Both the position numbers and the translations under genes were made by a program. Source: an uncultured Nitrospiraceae bacterium (GTDB taxonomy: Bacteria > Nitrospirota > Nitrospiria > Nitrospirales > Nitrospiraceae). From it: a stretch of DNA of 64,000 nucleotides. Position 1 is the stretch's first letter. The number at the start of each line of letters is the position of its first letter. The stretch covers positions 2,304,001-2,368,000 of the forward strand of contig CAWJWJ010000002.1 of the NCBI GenBank assembly GCA_963846575.1, given 5' to 3'. This document shows, one piece after another, positions 10,159-19,509 of the stretch. The notes under the pieces were generated by a model, which saw nothing but the letters and a program-made list of their open reading frames with translations, was not told the origin of the DNA and searched no databases.

Positions 10159-11361
10159 TTAGTCTGGTTTCATCATGTCGACCACATGCTCCGCAAACGG
10201 CAACGAGGAGGTGAAGGCCGGTGAGACGGCATTGAGCACGTGGGTGGAGCGAGGTCCCGGCTCGATGACGAAATCGCTCAACAACTCCGCCGTCCTCGCG
10301 TCAACCAATTGCGCGCGAATGCCCGGTTCTTTTCCCGGCAGGAGGTCTGACTTCGCGAACCCTTCTCCCAATGCCTCCGCCTCGCGAAAGAACCCGGCCC
10401 TGGTCAGTTTCAACAGCTCCGTCCAGGCAATCGAACGAAAATGATCCCGGTTGCGTCCGAAAAGCCGCAGCAGGTAGGCCAGCATGGTGAGACTGTCGCC
10501 GACGGTCGCGCCGCCCATGCCCCGGTACTGCTCGCGCCCCAGCAAGGGAAGGGCCGAAGGGCCGATCGTGACCTCGCCTTCCGGTCTCCTGGTGAAGTGG
10601 ACCCCGAGAAAGGGGTTGCGCAGGTCCGGGACGGGATAAATATTGCCGCGGACCTGAAGCTTCGACTCGGGACGCAGCCGGTAGAATTGCCCTCGAAAGG
10701 GCAGGATCCGGTACTGCAGGCCGACCCCGTAGGCATGGGCGATGCGGTCGGCAAAGAGGCCTCCGCAATTCACCAGGTGCCGGTACCGGACCGGTCCCTC
10801 GCGGGTCCGGGCCGTATCCTCTCCCCCACACCCCTGCCAGGCGCAGCCGAATCGAAACCGGACCCCTTCGCGCAAGGCATCCGCCACCATCGCCTCCATG
10901 ACGCGTTGCGGATTCACCACCGCCGTGTCCGAGACATAAAGCGCCTGTTGCACCGTCTTCGCGCAGGGTTCGACCTCTTTGAGCGCCTGGGGATCGAGCA
11001 GGCTCACGCGCACCCCGTTGGCCTGGGCTCGCGCGTGCAACTCCCGGAGGGCGGGCAACTCCTCGGCGGTCCGCGCCACGATCACCTTGCCATGGTCGTT
11101 CAGCGTAATCGCCTTCTCGCGGCAATAGGCCCGCAGCCGCCGATTCCCATCGACACAGAACTTGGCCTTGAGGGTGCCGGCCTTATAATAGACGCCGGCG
11201 TGCAACACACCGCTGTTGCGACCGCTGGCATGCTGCCCGGCGGTCGATTCTTTTTCCAGCACCAGCACCGCGGCGCCGTGCCGGCGACGCAGTTCCCGGG
11301 CGATGGCGACACCGATCACTCCGGCCCCCACGATCAGGAAATCACAACTATCGTTCGCCAT
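10159..11361 (-). CDS. lhgO: FAD-dependent oxidoreductase, L-2-hydroxyglutarate oxidase-like
   Basis: IVGAGVIG, HASGRNSGVLHAGVYY, GTLKAKFC, PFRGQFY, IYPVPD, PFLGVHFT, HVLNAVSPAFTSS. Confidence 0.85.
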   Translation of the reverse strand: MANDSCDFLIVGAGVIGVAIARELRRRHGAAVLVLEKESTAGQHASGRNSGVLHAGVYYKAGTLKAKFCVDGNRRLRAYCREKAITLNDHGKVIVARTAEELPALRELHARAQANGVRVSLLDPQALKEVEPCAKTVQQALYVSDTAVVNPQRVMEAMVADALREGVRFRFGCAWQGCGGEDTARTREGPVRYRHLVNCGGLFADRIAHAYGVGLQYRILPFRGQFYRLRPESKLQVRGNIYPVPDLRNPFLGVHFTRRPEGEVTIGPSALPLLGREQYRGMGGATVGDSLTMLAYLLRLFGRNRDHFRSIAWTELLKLTRAGFFREAEALGEGFAKSDLLPGKEPGIRAQLVDARTAELLSDFVIEPGPRSTHVLNAVSPAFTSSLPFAEHVVDMMKPD

Positions 11362-11421
11362 GCGGACGCTCGCCTTTCCCGGAAAAACGGTCACGGAGCC
11401 GTGATGGCAGACTGCCGGATG

Positions 11422-12528
11422 TCACTGCTCAGCGGCCGGTGACCGTTGTTGCCCGACGGCCCGCTCGTACACCGCCACCGTCTGCATCGCCGTACGGTCC
11501 CACCCGAACTCTTTCGCCCTGGCCAATCCGCGCGCACGGAGGGTGGCCTGTAGCTCCGGAGAGGCGAGCACTCGAGCCAGGGCCTCCGTTAACTGCCCGC
11601 TCTCACGCGGATCGATCAAAAGGGCGGCATCCCCGGCAACTTCGGGCAATGAAGAGCTGTTGGAACAAATTACCGGGCAGCCGCACCCCATCGCCTCCAG
11701 CACCGGCAGGCCGAACCCTTCGTACAATGAGGGGAACACGAACACGGCAGCCTGCTGATAATAGTCGACCAACTCCGCCTCGGATACCATTCCGGCCAGC
11801 CTGGTCTGGGCGCCGATGCCCAGACGCTCTATCGCCGCGCGAATCTCGCTGCGTCGGCAGACATCGCCCGCCAGGAGGAGATCGAACCGGTCGCGAAGCG
11901 TCTCCGGAATTTTTGCAAAGGCTTCAACCAGGCAGCCGACGTTCTTGGTCGGATCAAAACCGGCCACGCAGAAGACGTAGGGCCTTCCCCCTGCCCGATG
12001 ATCGGCGGGACGAAATTGCCCATTGTCGAGGCCGAGCGGAGTGACCGTGACCTGATCCGGTGCAAGCGGCACATGGCTGAGCAGATCGCGCCGCGAATGT
12101 TCGGAGATGGTGATCACGTGATCGATCGTGGCCCACCGGTCCCCTACCAGCCACTGCTCGATGCGGCTATTGAGGTTCAGACGGGCACGGAGTTCGGGGA
12201 ACAGCAACGGTTTGACGTCGTGGATCGTCGACACGAACTTCCCGCGCTTCCAGGCCGCGCAGGAGTCATACGGAAAATGCAGCAGATCGTGGGGACCGGC
12301 CAGCAACGGCGCGATTTGCTCCCAGAAGCGCCGCCGGAAGAAGGGAAAGCGGACCACGCGATACTGCATGTTCGGGCGCGCCGTGAAGGGATGGTCCGCA
12401 TGCGGCAGGAGAATCTGATAGTGATTCGTGTGGTCGACCCGCCCCAGGGCTTCGATCAACTCCCGGGCGTACCGCCCGATGCCGACGTTGAGGTTCTTGA
12501 GATGCCAGGCGGCGATAACGATTTTCAC
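11422..12528 (-). CDS. GT4 family glycosyltransferase
   Basis: [42 protein letters not shown]. Confidence 0.9.
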   Translation of the reverse strand: MKIVIAAWHLKNLNVGIGRYARELIEALGRVDHTNHYQILLPHADHPFTARPNMQYRVVRFPFFRRRFWEQIAPLLAGPHDLLHFPYDSCAAWKRGKFVSTIHDVKPLLFPELRARLNLNSRIEQWLVGDRWATIDHVITISEHSRRDLLSHVPLAPDQVTVTPLGLDNGQFRPADHRAGGRPYVFCVAGFDPTKNVGCLVEAFAKIPETLRDRFDLLLAGDVCRRSEIRAAIERLGIGAQTRLAGMVSEAELVDYYQQAAVFVFPSLYEGFGLPVLEAMGCGCPVICSNSSSLPEVAGDAALLIDPRESGQLTEALARVLASPELQATLRARGLARAKEFGWDRTAMQTVAVYERAVGQQRSPAAEQ

Positions 12529-12650
12529 GATGGCCTATCGGAGTGGTCCATGGTGGCGGAGGAACGGGCGGCCTGCTGGTCATCCTCCGACCGGCCGGCG
12601 AGCCGTCGGATCGGCCGGCAGCCGAGGCAGCGAACTCAGGGGCGTGCGCG

Positions 12651-12752
12651 ATGGAACCACAGCACATCCGGCAAGTCAAGGCAGGGCCAGAGGTGACGGC
12701 CGGCGTTTGCGGAAGCGGTTGTGTTGACTGCCCCGGCGGCCTGTGGTACCGA
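12651..12752. promoter_or_regulatory. Putative back-to-back sigma70-like promoters for the divergent GT4 and GT2 genes
   Basis: Minus 12651-12679: TTGACT-N17-TTCCAT. Plus 12724-12752: TTGACT-N17-TACCGA. Both have CTGTGG just before a weak -10. Confidence 0.35.
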
Positions 12753-12776
12753 TTGCCCTTCACGAGAGGCGTCACT

Positions 12777-13652
12777 GTGGCCCGCGTCAGCGTCATCATT
12801 CCAGCGTATAACGGGACCTCGAGATATTTGGAGCCGGCCATTCGTTCCGTGCTCGGGCAGACCTATGCCGACCATGAGATCATCGTGGTGGATGATGCAT
12901 CGACCGACGAGACCGGTGCGCTGGTGCAAACGATCCCGCAGGTCCGGTACCTGCGCCGCAGCCAGAACGGCGGGCAGGCCGCCGCGCGCAACAGCGGCGC
13001 CCACGTCGCGCAGGGACTCTACCTGGCCTTTCTGGACCAGGACGACCTGTGGGAACCCACCTTCCTCGAAGAAGCGCTCGGCATCCTCGAACCAGCCACG
13101 CACGCGACGCTCGTCCATTGCGACGGGTACCAGGTGGACGCGGGGAACCATATTCTCGAATACGACGCCGCCATGAAACATACCGGGAGCATCACACAAT
13201 TGCTGCGTGGCGGTCACGATGTCGCCACATCCGGTTCATTGTTCCGAAAAGCTCCCTTCGAGGCGGTGGGAGGATATGACGCGCAGCTCTCCATCTGGGA
13301 AGACATGGATCTGACCATCCGTCTCTACGGGACCGGTCGATTCATTCATCTGGCGAAGCCGCTGTACCGCCACCGGCTCTACGGACACAACGCGTCCCGC
13401 GATATTCCTTCGCTGCGGGCGCTGGACGGCCGTCGTCGATTCCTCGAAAAACATGCCCCTTCGTGCCGGCCCGGGACCCTCGAAGCCGACGCCCTCTCCA
13501 CCGATTGGGCGATTTACCATGCAGATCTCGGAAAACATTATCTGCGGGCTCACGCACCCCGGCAGGCACGGGAAGCGTTTCGATGCTCGTTGCGCCATCG
13601 GCCGCTCAACGTCAAGACCTGGTCCAGATTCGTCAGGTCGTATTTTTTGTGA
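12777..13652 (+). CDS. GT2 family glycosyltransferase, oriented opposite to the cluster
   Basis: GTG start after GAGAGG; VSVIIPAYN, VVDDASTD, AARNSG, FLDQDDLW, WEDMDL. Confidence 0.88.
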   Translation: MARVSVIIPAYNGTSRYLEPAIRSVLGQTYADHEIIVVDDASTDETGALVQTIPQVRYLRRSQNGGQAAARNSGAHVAQGLYLAFLDQDDLWEPTFLEEALGILEPATHATLVHCDGYQVDAGNHILEYDAAMKHTGSITQLLRGGHDVATSGSLFRKAPFEAVGGYDAQLSIWEDMDLTIRLYGTGRFIHLAKPLYRHRLYGHNASRDIPSLRALDGRRRFLEKHAPSCRPGTLEADALSTDWAIYHADLGKHYLRAHAPRQAREAFRCSLRHRPLNVKTWSRFVRSYFL

Positions 13653-14664
13653 CCGCGCCCCGCACTTTTCTGGCATAGACCTTCAGCTCGGTCCCGCCGC
13701 CCAGGTGCCCCACGCAAAAGCAGAAGGGCCGGACCAAGACCTTTTCGATGAACCGGCGACAGGGGACCTCGGTACCCCATCGCTGCTCCCACACGCGATC
13801 CAGGCTGGCCATGAAGTAGAGGGAGCCGAGACCGGTCCTGGCCGATTCGACCCGGAACCCGGCCTCCTCGAGCATCCGCGCAAGCGTCGCCTTTTCATAA
13901 TGGAAGAGGTGGCGGGGAAGCTCCCAGGGAAACCACCAGCGACCGAACAACTTCGCTTCCAGGCCGCCGGCATTGGGGCAGAGGATCACGACCCGTCCGT
14001 CCCAATCCAGGATACGCCAGACCTCCTTCAAGAGAGAAACCGGTCCGTGGAGGTGCTCCAGCACATGGCTGAACAGCACCGTGTCGAAGGTCCGGTCCGG
14101 GTAGTGCATCGACGCGAGATCCCCCAGTCGAACCCGCTCACCGAACCGGGCCCTGGCCTGCGCCACCGCCACCTCACTCGCATCCACGCCGGAGACGTCC
14201 CAGCCCAACTCCTGTAATGCCACCAGATTGTTGCCTGCCCCGCAGCCGACATCCAGCGCCCTGCCCTGTCCAACCCATGGCAGAAACCCGCGCCCGCGCC
14301 AGCGGCGCCAGAGGAATTCCGGCCAGAGCAGCGATCGCCGGAGCCATTGCCACCCGCGCGCCGACTCCGGTGCCGGGTAGCCATAAAAGTCCTGGGCGAT
14401 CCATCGCCGGACCTTCCCCGACCAGCGCTTGGCGGCGCGCCGGAGATCTCCTGGCGCGGGAGGCCCGGCAGCGGGATAGTACGTCGCGGGATAGTACCGG
14501 CCGATTTCCTCGCGGGTCGGGCGAGGATTCAGAAACAGCAGACGGCAGGCCTCGCAGCGCACGACCGTGAACAGTTCGTCCGTCACATGGTGAGCGAGGT
14601 CGTATTGGCTGAACAGCGCGCGGTTCGACGTCCCTCCGCACATTTCGCAATCGATGGTTTCCAT
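13633..14664 (-). CDS. Class I SAM-dependent methyltransferase with N-terminal Cys4 zinc-ribbon-like region
   Basis: CEMC...CEAC, LNPRP, LDVGCGAG, SHVLEHL, PRHLFHY. Confidence 0.85.
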   Translation of the reverse strand: METIDCEMCGGTSNRALFSQYDLAHHVTDELFTVVRCEACRLLFLNPRPTREEIGRYYPATYYPAAGPPAPGDLRRAAKRWSGKVRRWIAQDFYGYPAPESARGWQWLRRSLLWPEFLWRRWRGRGFLPWVGQGRALDVGCGAGNNLVALQELGWDVSGVDASEVAVAQARARFGERVRLGDLASMHYPDRTFDTVLFSHVLEHLHGPVSLLKEVWRILDWDGRVVILCPNAGGLEAKLFGRWWFPWELPRHLFHYEKATLARMLEEAGFRVESARTGLGSLYFMASLDRVWEQRWGTEVPCRRFIEKVLVRPFCFCVGHLGGGTELKVYARKVRGAVTKNTT

Positions 14665-14742
14665 ATCCTCGTTCCAAAGCTCGATGGTGTGGGCAACGGA
14701 GGGGGACGCTCGGCTGCACGTGCCGTGCTTATGGCCGGCTGA

Positions 14743-15642
14743 TCAGGGCTTCAAGGTGCGGAGCCAGCGCGTATAACACCGAATCCGTCCCGGCGCCCTC
14801 GTGATCGCCTCCCAATAGTGCTGCCGGGCTTCGGTCCGCCGGCCCGCCCGTTCAGCGGCGGCCCCTTTCAGAAGAAAGTAGTTCGCCCATTCGCGATCCA
14901 ATGCCGCCCGTTGGGCCGCGGTGAGCGGCGCAGACCCTTCCAGGCGCGTCAGGAACCGGTCCCGGCTCGCCAGGACGCGTGCCCGGTGCGTCTGCTCATC
15001 GAATGCCATATCCCGATATCCATGACCCCGCTGCAGCTTGTGCACGAGGACCTGGTCGAGGCATTCAAACGTGGTCACCCGGAACAAACGGATCGTCAGA
15101 TCCGAATCCTCCGACCCATAGAGTTCAGGGTCCAGGCTGCCGATCTGATCCAGGACCGTTTTCCTGATCAAGAGCGTGGAGGGCAGCGCCACATGGCCTC
15201 CGGCAAACGCCTGCACCAGCGGTTCCCGGCTCGACCGCGCCGACACGCGCTCCTCCAGGGTCCCGTCTTCGAACCGTACCTCGAAATCCGTGTGGACCAG
15301 CCCCACCTCGGGGCGTGCCCGCATCATGGCCAACTGCGCGGAGAGTTTGCCGGGCAACCACTCGTCATCACAGTCCAACAGCGCGATAAATTGTCCTTGG
15401 GCCGCTTCGATGCCATAGTTCCGGGAACGCGCCGGGCCACCGTGGCTGCGTTGAAACCATCGAATGCCTTCGCTCTGCTCGAGCCGCCGCAGCACATCCT
15501 GCGTTCCATCGGTCGAGCCATCATCAACCACGAGTATTTCCACCGAAGGATGTTCCTGCATTCGCACGCTGGCCACGGCCTTCGCCACAAACGGCGCGCC
15601 GTTATACACGGGGATGACCACGCTGACCCGTTCATCGCTCAT
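14743..15642 (-). CDS. GT2 family glycosyltransferase
   Basis: VSVVIPVYN, VVDDGSTD, ARSRNYG, LLDCDDEW, SEDSDL; ATG overlaps the upstream stop (ATGA). Confidence 0.9.
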   Translation of the reverse strand: MSDERVSVVIPVYNGAPFVAKAVASVRMQEHPSVEILVVDDGSTDGTQDVLRRLEQSEGIRWFQRSHGGPARSRNYGIEAAQGQFIALLDCDDEWLPGKLSAQLAMMRARPEVGLVHTDFEVRFEDGTLEERVSARSSREPLVQAFAGGHVALPSTLLIRKTVLDQIGSLDPELYGSEDSDLTIRLFRVTTFECLDQVLVHKLQRGHGYRDMAFDEQTHRARVLASRDRFLTRLEGSAPLTAAQRAALDREWANYFLLKGAAAERAGRRTEARQHYWEAITRAPGRIRCYTRWLRTLKP

Positions 15643-16679
15643 GCGTCTGTCCGCGCGAGCAACCGTTCCAGCATCCGGCTGGCCGCCTCGCACACTTCGT
15701 CCACGGTGATGTGCTGCATGCAACTGTCGTCGCCGCGCAGGCAGGTCGGATGGTAACAGGCACGGCAATCGAACCCTTTATACAGGACCTGCGCCGGCCC
15801 GCCGCGCGGTCCCCAGCGTCGGGGATAGGTCGGGCCGAACAACGCCACGACGGGGGTCCCCATGGCCGCCGCAATGTGCATGGCCCCGCCGTCGTTCCCG
15901 ACGAACAACGCACAGCGTTGGGCCAGTGCGGCAAACTGCAGCAGCGAAAACTTCCCCGCGATCACCGTGGGCGCACAGCGCGTCCTGCGGGCGATCCGCT
16001 CGGCAATCTCACGTTCACGCTGATCGCCCCCCAACAGAATCCGGCAGGAGAACCGTTCGCTCAGGCGATCCGCCAATTCGACGAACCGCTCATGCGGCCA
16101 TACTTTCAGGGAGTAGCGCGCCCCCGGCTGCAGCAGCACCAGCGGCACTTCGCGCGAGGACCGCAAGCCCGCCTCGTCCAGCCAGGTCTCCACGATGTGC
16201 TCCTCCGCCTGGGAGACGTACAGCGCCGGTGTGCCGGGTTTCGGGTCGAGGCCCAGATGCCGGAGAGCGCTGAGATCATATTCCACCCGATGCTGGTCCG
16301 TCTGGCGGGGCACCGCCAGGGCGTTATACAACAACCCCCGCCAGCGATGTTCGGCATTGAAGCCCACGCGCAGCGCGGCGCCCGTCGCGAGAGTGATGAC
16401 CGCGGACCGGTCGCCGTCGGTCAGGTCGATGACACAATCGAATCTCCGCCGCCGAAGCATGCGGACAAAATTCACCTGGGCCTGCCAAGGCCCCTTCTCG
16501 ACACACAGCACCTCGTCCACATTCGGATTGTGCAGTAGAATCCCTTCGGTGCCGCGATTGACCAGCATGGTGAGGCGGGCGTCGGGATAGGCGTCCCGCA
16601 AGGCGCGCAACACCGGCGTCGAGAGCAGCACGTCACCGATATGCCTCAACTTGATGATCAGGAGATTGCGATAACTCAT
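15639..16679 (-). CDS. GT9 LPS heptosyltransferase (WaaQ/RfaQ-like)
   Basis: IIKLRHIGDVLLSTP, KVWP, FVGNDGGAMHIAAA, VALFGPT, C-terminal Cys cluster. Confidence 0.85.
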   Translation of the reverse strand: MSYRNLLIIKLRHIGDVLLSTPVLRALRDAYPDARLTMLVNRGTEGILLHNPNVDEVLCVEKGPWQAQVNFVRMLRRRRFDCVIDLTDGDRSAVITLATGAALRVGFNAEHRWRGLLYNALAVPRQTDQHRVEYDLSALRHLGLDPKPGTPALYVSQAEEHIVETWLDEAGLRSSREVPLVLLQPGARYSLKVWPHERFVELADRLSERFSCRILLGGDQREREIAERIARRTRCAPTVIAGKFSLLQFAALAQRCALFVGNDGGAMHIAAAMGTPVVALFGPTYPRRWGPRGGPAQVLYKGFDCRACYHPTCLRGDDSCMQHITVDEVCEAASRMLERLLARTDA

Positions 16680-16692
16680 ACGCCGACATTCC

Positions 16693-17796
16693 TCAGGCAC
16701 AGAGTTCGTGATAGAGCGCGCTCGTGAGACGGGCAGCATCTGGCCAGGTAAACCGCCGCGCACGGTCGAATCCCCGCTGCCGCAGTGTCCGTCGGAGATC
16801 CTGGTCGGACAACAACGTGACCATCGCCCGGCCCAGCGCATCGACATCGTCGGGATCCACCAGCACCGCGGCATCGCCGGCCACCTCCGGCAGGGACGAT
16901 GTCGAGGAGGTGATAGTCGGCGCACCACAGGCCATCGCCTCCAGGACGGGCATGCCGAATCCCTCGTAGCGGGAAGGAAACACAAACACATCGGCGCAGG
17001 CATACAGCCGCCGCAGGTCGTCCCGGTCAATCCGTCCGGTGTACCGGACATCCGCCTCCACGCCGAGGGCCTGCGCAGTCGCGCGGTAACTGCCTTGCGG
17101 ATGGTCCGCATCACCGGCCAGCACGATGACCCGCCCTTCCAGCCGGGGACGGATTTGCGCCACGGCTTGTAGCACCAGGCGATGGTTCTTGCGGGGATCT
17201 GCCCCGCCGACGAACAGGACGAACCCCGCCGATGGAATGGACCACCGTTGGCGCAGCCCGATTATGGCCTGGTCATCCTTCGCCGGCACAAAATCCGCCG
17301 AGACGCCGTTATGAATCACGACCACATGTTCACGCGGAATGCCGTAGAGCTCCTCGATTTCCCGGGCGGAAAACTCCGAGACCGTCACCACCTTTCGAGC
17401 CCGCAGGGCCGTCGCCCTTGCCCGGCGGGACGATCCGGCCTGTCCCAGGACTTTGCGGGAGTATTCGGGATGGCGGGCCAGCCACAAATCATGGATGGTG
17501 ACGACACCGCCGAACCGTCCGGTCGTATGCATCTTGAAATTCGGACCATGATACAGATCGAGACCATCCCAGGCGCCCCGCCAGGGCGTCAGCCACCGTG
17601 GGGTCTCCACCCAACGCATCCGCTGGGTCATGGGCCAGCCGGCCGGGCGGCCCGCAGGGAGAGAGCCGGGCCGGAGATACCCGACATATTCGGTTTGCTC
17701 CTGTAGATCCAGGAGGGCCTGCAACAGATGGTAGGTATGCCAGCCGACTCCGCCCTTGTCACCCGTGATGGACGCCGCGTCGATTCCGATACGCAT
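16693..17796 (-). CDS. GT4 family glycosyltransferase
   Basis: [38 protein letters not shown]. Confidence 0.9.
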   Translation of the reverse strand: MRIGIDAASITGDKGGVGWHTYHLLQALLDLQEQTEYVGYLRPGSLPAGRPAGWPMTQRMRWVETPRWLTPWRGAWDGLDLYHGPNFKMHTTGRFGGVVTIHDLWLARHPEYSRKVLGQAGSSRRARATALRARKVVTVSEFSAREIEELYGIPREHVVVIHNGVSADFVPAKDDQAIIGLRQRWSIPSAGFVLFVGGADPRKNHRLVLQAVAQIRPRLEGRVIVLAGDADHPQGSYRATAQALGVEADVRYTGRIDRDDLRRLYACADVFVFPSRYEGFGMPVLEAMACGAPTITSSTSSLPEVAGDAAVLVDPDDVDALGRAMVTLLSDQDLRRTLRQRGFDRARRFTWPDAARLTSALYHELCA

Positions 17797-17848
17797 TAGA
17801 CGGACCGCGCCTCCATCGCGAGGGCCTGCCCCTCGTACAACACCCTCG

Positions 17849-18652
17849 TCACCCCTGTCCGTTACGCCGGACGTTCACGCGCTCCCAGGCCTTGGCGTAC
17901 TTGACGAAGGTATGGAGGCCGGCGAACATCGCCACGACCAGGCCGTGCACGCCGTCCCGATAACCGCCGCGCACGAACAGGGTTTTCAGCATCGTGCCCA
18001 GATGGTGCGTCGCGATGACCCACCCGCTGATGTGGGAGGTGCGCTTCAGCTTCTCCTCCGCGCCCAGCGTCGTATATCGCATCATCTTCCGGATATGGTG
18101 GTTGACGGTGGGCATGCTGTAGTGATCGAACGGTTCACGAAGCCGCAGCCGGCCTCCGGTGAGCGTGAAGTTTTCATGCAGCCGCACATCGTCATAGCGC
18201 CCGGCGGTCTTGCGGAAGAGCCGCATCTGATAGTCGGGGAACAGACCGCCGCCCTGAATCCATTTCCCGTAAAAGAAATTCCTCCGTGGAATTTCATACC
18301 CTCCGGCGTCCGCCGGCGGCCCGGCGGCCAACAGAGCCTGAATCTCCCGCCGGAGTCCGTCGGTCACGCGCTCGTCGGCATCCACGACCAGAATCCACTC
18401 GGCCCCGGCCTGATCGATCGCGAAATTTTTTTGCGGCCCATAACCCGCCCATGGCCGGACGAACACCCGCGGCGTATACCGCGTGGCCAGTTCCACGGTC
18501 CGGTCCCGGCTCTCGGCATCCACCACCACGAGTTCGTCGGCCCAGCGAACGGATTCAAGACAGTCGGCGATGTTGTGCTCTTCGTCCTTGGTGATGATCA
18601 CCGCCGCGATCGTGCTCACGGCTCGGTTCGGTTCTGCCACGGAGCCCTTCAT
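17849..18652 (-). CDS. GT2 beta-1,4-glucosyltransferase-like (WaaE/KdtX type)
   Basis: IITKDEE, VVDAESRDRT, W.GYGPQKNFA, VVDADER, FPDYQMRLF, YRDGVHG. Confidence 0.85.
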   Translation of the reverse strand: MKGSVAEPNRAVSTIAAVIITKDEEHNIADCLESVRWADELVVVDAESRDRTVELATRYTPRVFVRPWAGYGPQKNFAIDQAGAEWILVVDADERVTDGLRREIQALLAAGPPADAGGYEIPRRNFFYGKWIQGGGLFPDYQMRLFRKTAGRYDDVRLHENFTLTGGRLRLREPFDHYSMPTVNHHIRKMMRYTTLGAEEKLKRTSHISGWVIATHHLGTMLKTLFVRGGYRDGVHGLVVAMFAGLHTFVKYAKAWERVNVRRNGQG

Positions 18653-19458
18653 CCTTGCAAGTGTTTCACTGAGGCAGCCGGCCCTGCCGCCAGCGTCCTG
18701 GTGCCCTGCAGTTCCCAGAAACGAGCATATTTGATGAACGTATAGTAGGCATACAGACCGGACAGGATCAGTCCCGGCACCCCGTCCAGGCAGCCTTTTC
18801 GACCCACGTACATTTTGAGAAACGTGAAGCAGGGATGTGACAGCAATTGAGGCCACGAGAATATGCGCCCCTGCTCGACCATGCGGCGCGCCATCAGATC
18901 AGAGTACCGTTCCTGCTTCGCGAGGTAGTGATCGATGTCGCGAAACGGGTACTGCAGCGCCGTGGCCGTCATATAGCCCACGCGGCCGTCCAGGTCGAAG
19001 CTCTCGTGCACCAGTTCATCCCGATAACGCAACCGGCTCTTTCGGAACAATTGCGGTTGCCGATAATCCGGAAACCAGCCGCAATGTTTGATCCAGCGAC
19101 CCAGGAAATAGTTTTTGCGGGGGACGAAATAGGCGTCGGCATCAGGACCGGCAGCCAACAGGCGCCTGATTTCCTCCTGCAACTCCGGCGTCGCCCGTTC
19201 ATCGGTATCCAAACTGAACACCCAGTCATGGGTGGCATGGGCGAGGGCTTCGTTGCGCAACCGGCCGAACCCGTGAAACTCATGCTGATACACCTGATCG
19301 GTGAACTCGCGGCTGATGCGTTCAGTCGCGTCGGTGCTGTGAGAGTCGACGACGATGATTTCATCGGCCCAGGTGATGGATTCCAGGCAGGCCCGCATGT
19401 TGGGCTCGTCATTGTACGCAATGACCACGGCCGATATCGGTGTATGGTTCACGGTCAC
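18649..19458 (-). CDS. GT2 beta-1,4-glucosyltransferase-like (WaaE/KdtX type), tandem paralogue
   Basis: VIAYNDE, VVDSHSTD, F.GFGRLRNEA, SLDTDER, FPDYRQPQLF, VHE, CLDGVPG. Confidence 0.85.
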   Translation of the reverse strand: MTVNHTPISAVVIAYNDEPNMRACLESITWADEIIVVDSHSTDATERISREFTDQVYQHEFHGFGRLRNEALAHATHDWVFSLDTDERATPELQEEIRRLLAAGPDADAYFVPRKNYFLGRWIKHCGWFPDYRQPQLFRKSRLRYRDELVHESFDLDGRVGYMTATALQYPFRDIDHYLAKQERYSDLMARRMVEQGRIFSWPQLLSHPCFTFLKMYVGRKGCLDGVPGLILSGLYAYYTFIKYARFWELQGTRTLAAGPAASVKHLQG

Positions 19459-19509
19459 GATTCCTTTTCGAACACAGGCTCTTCCACAGGGACACGGCCG
19501 GGCATCTTC

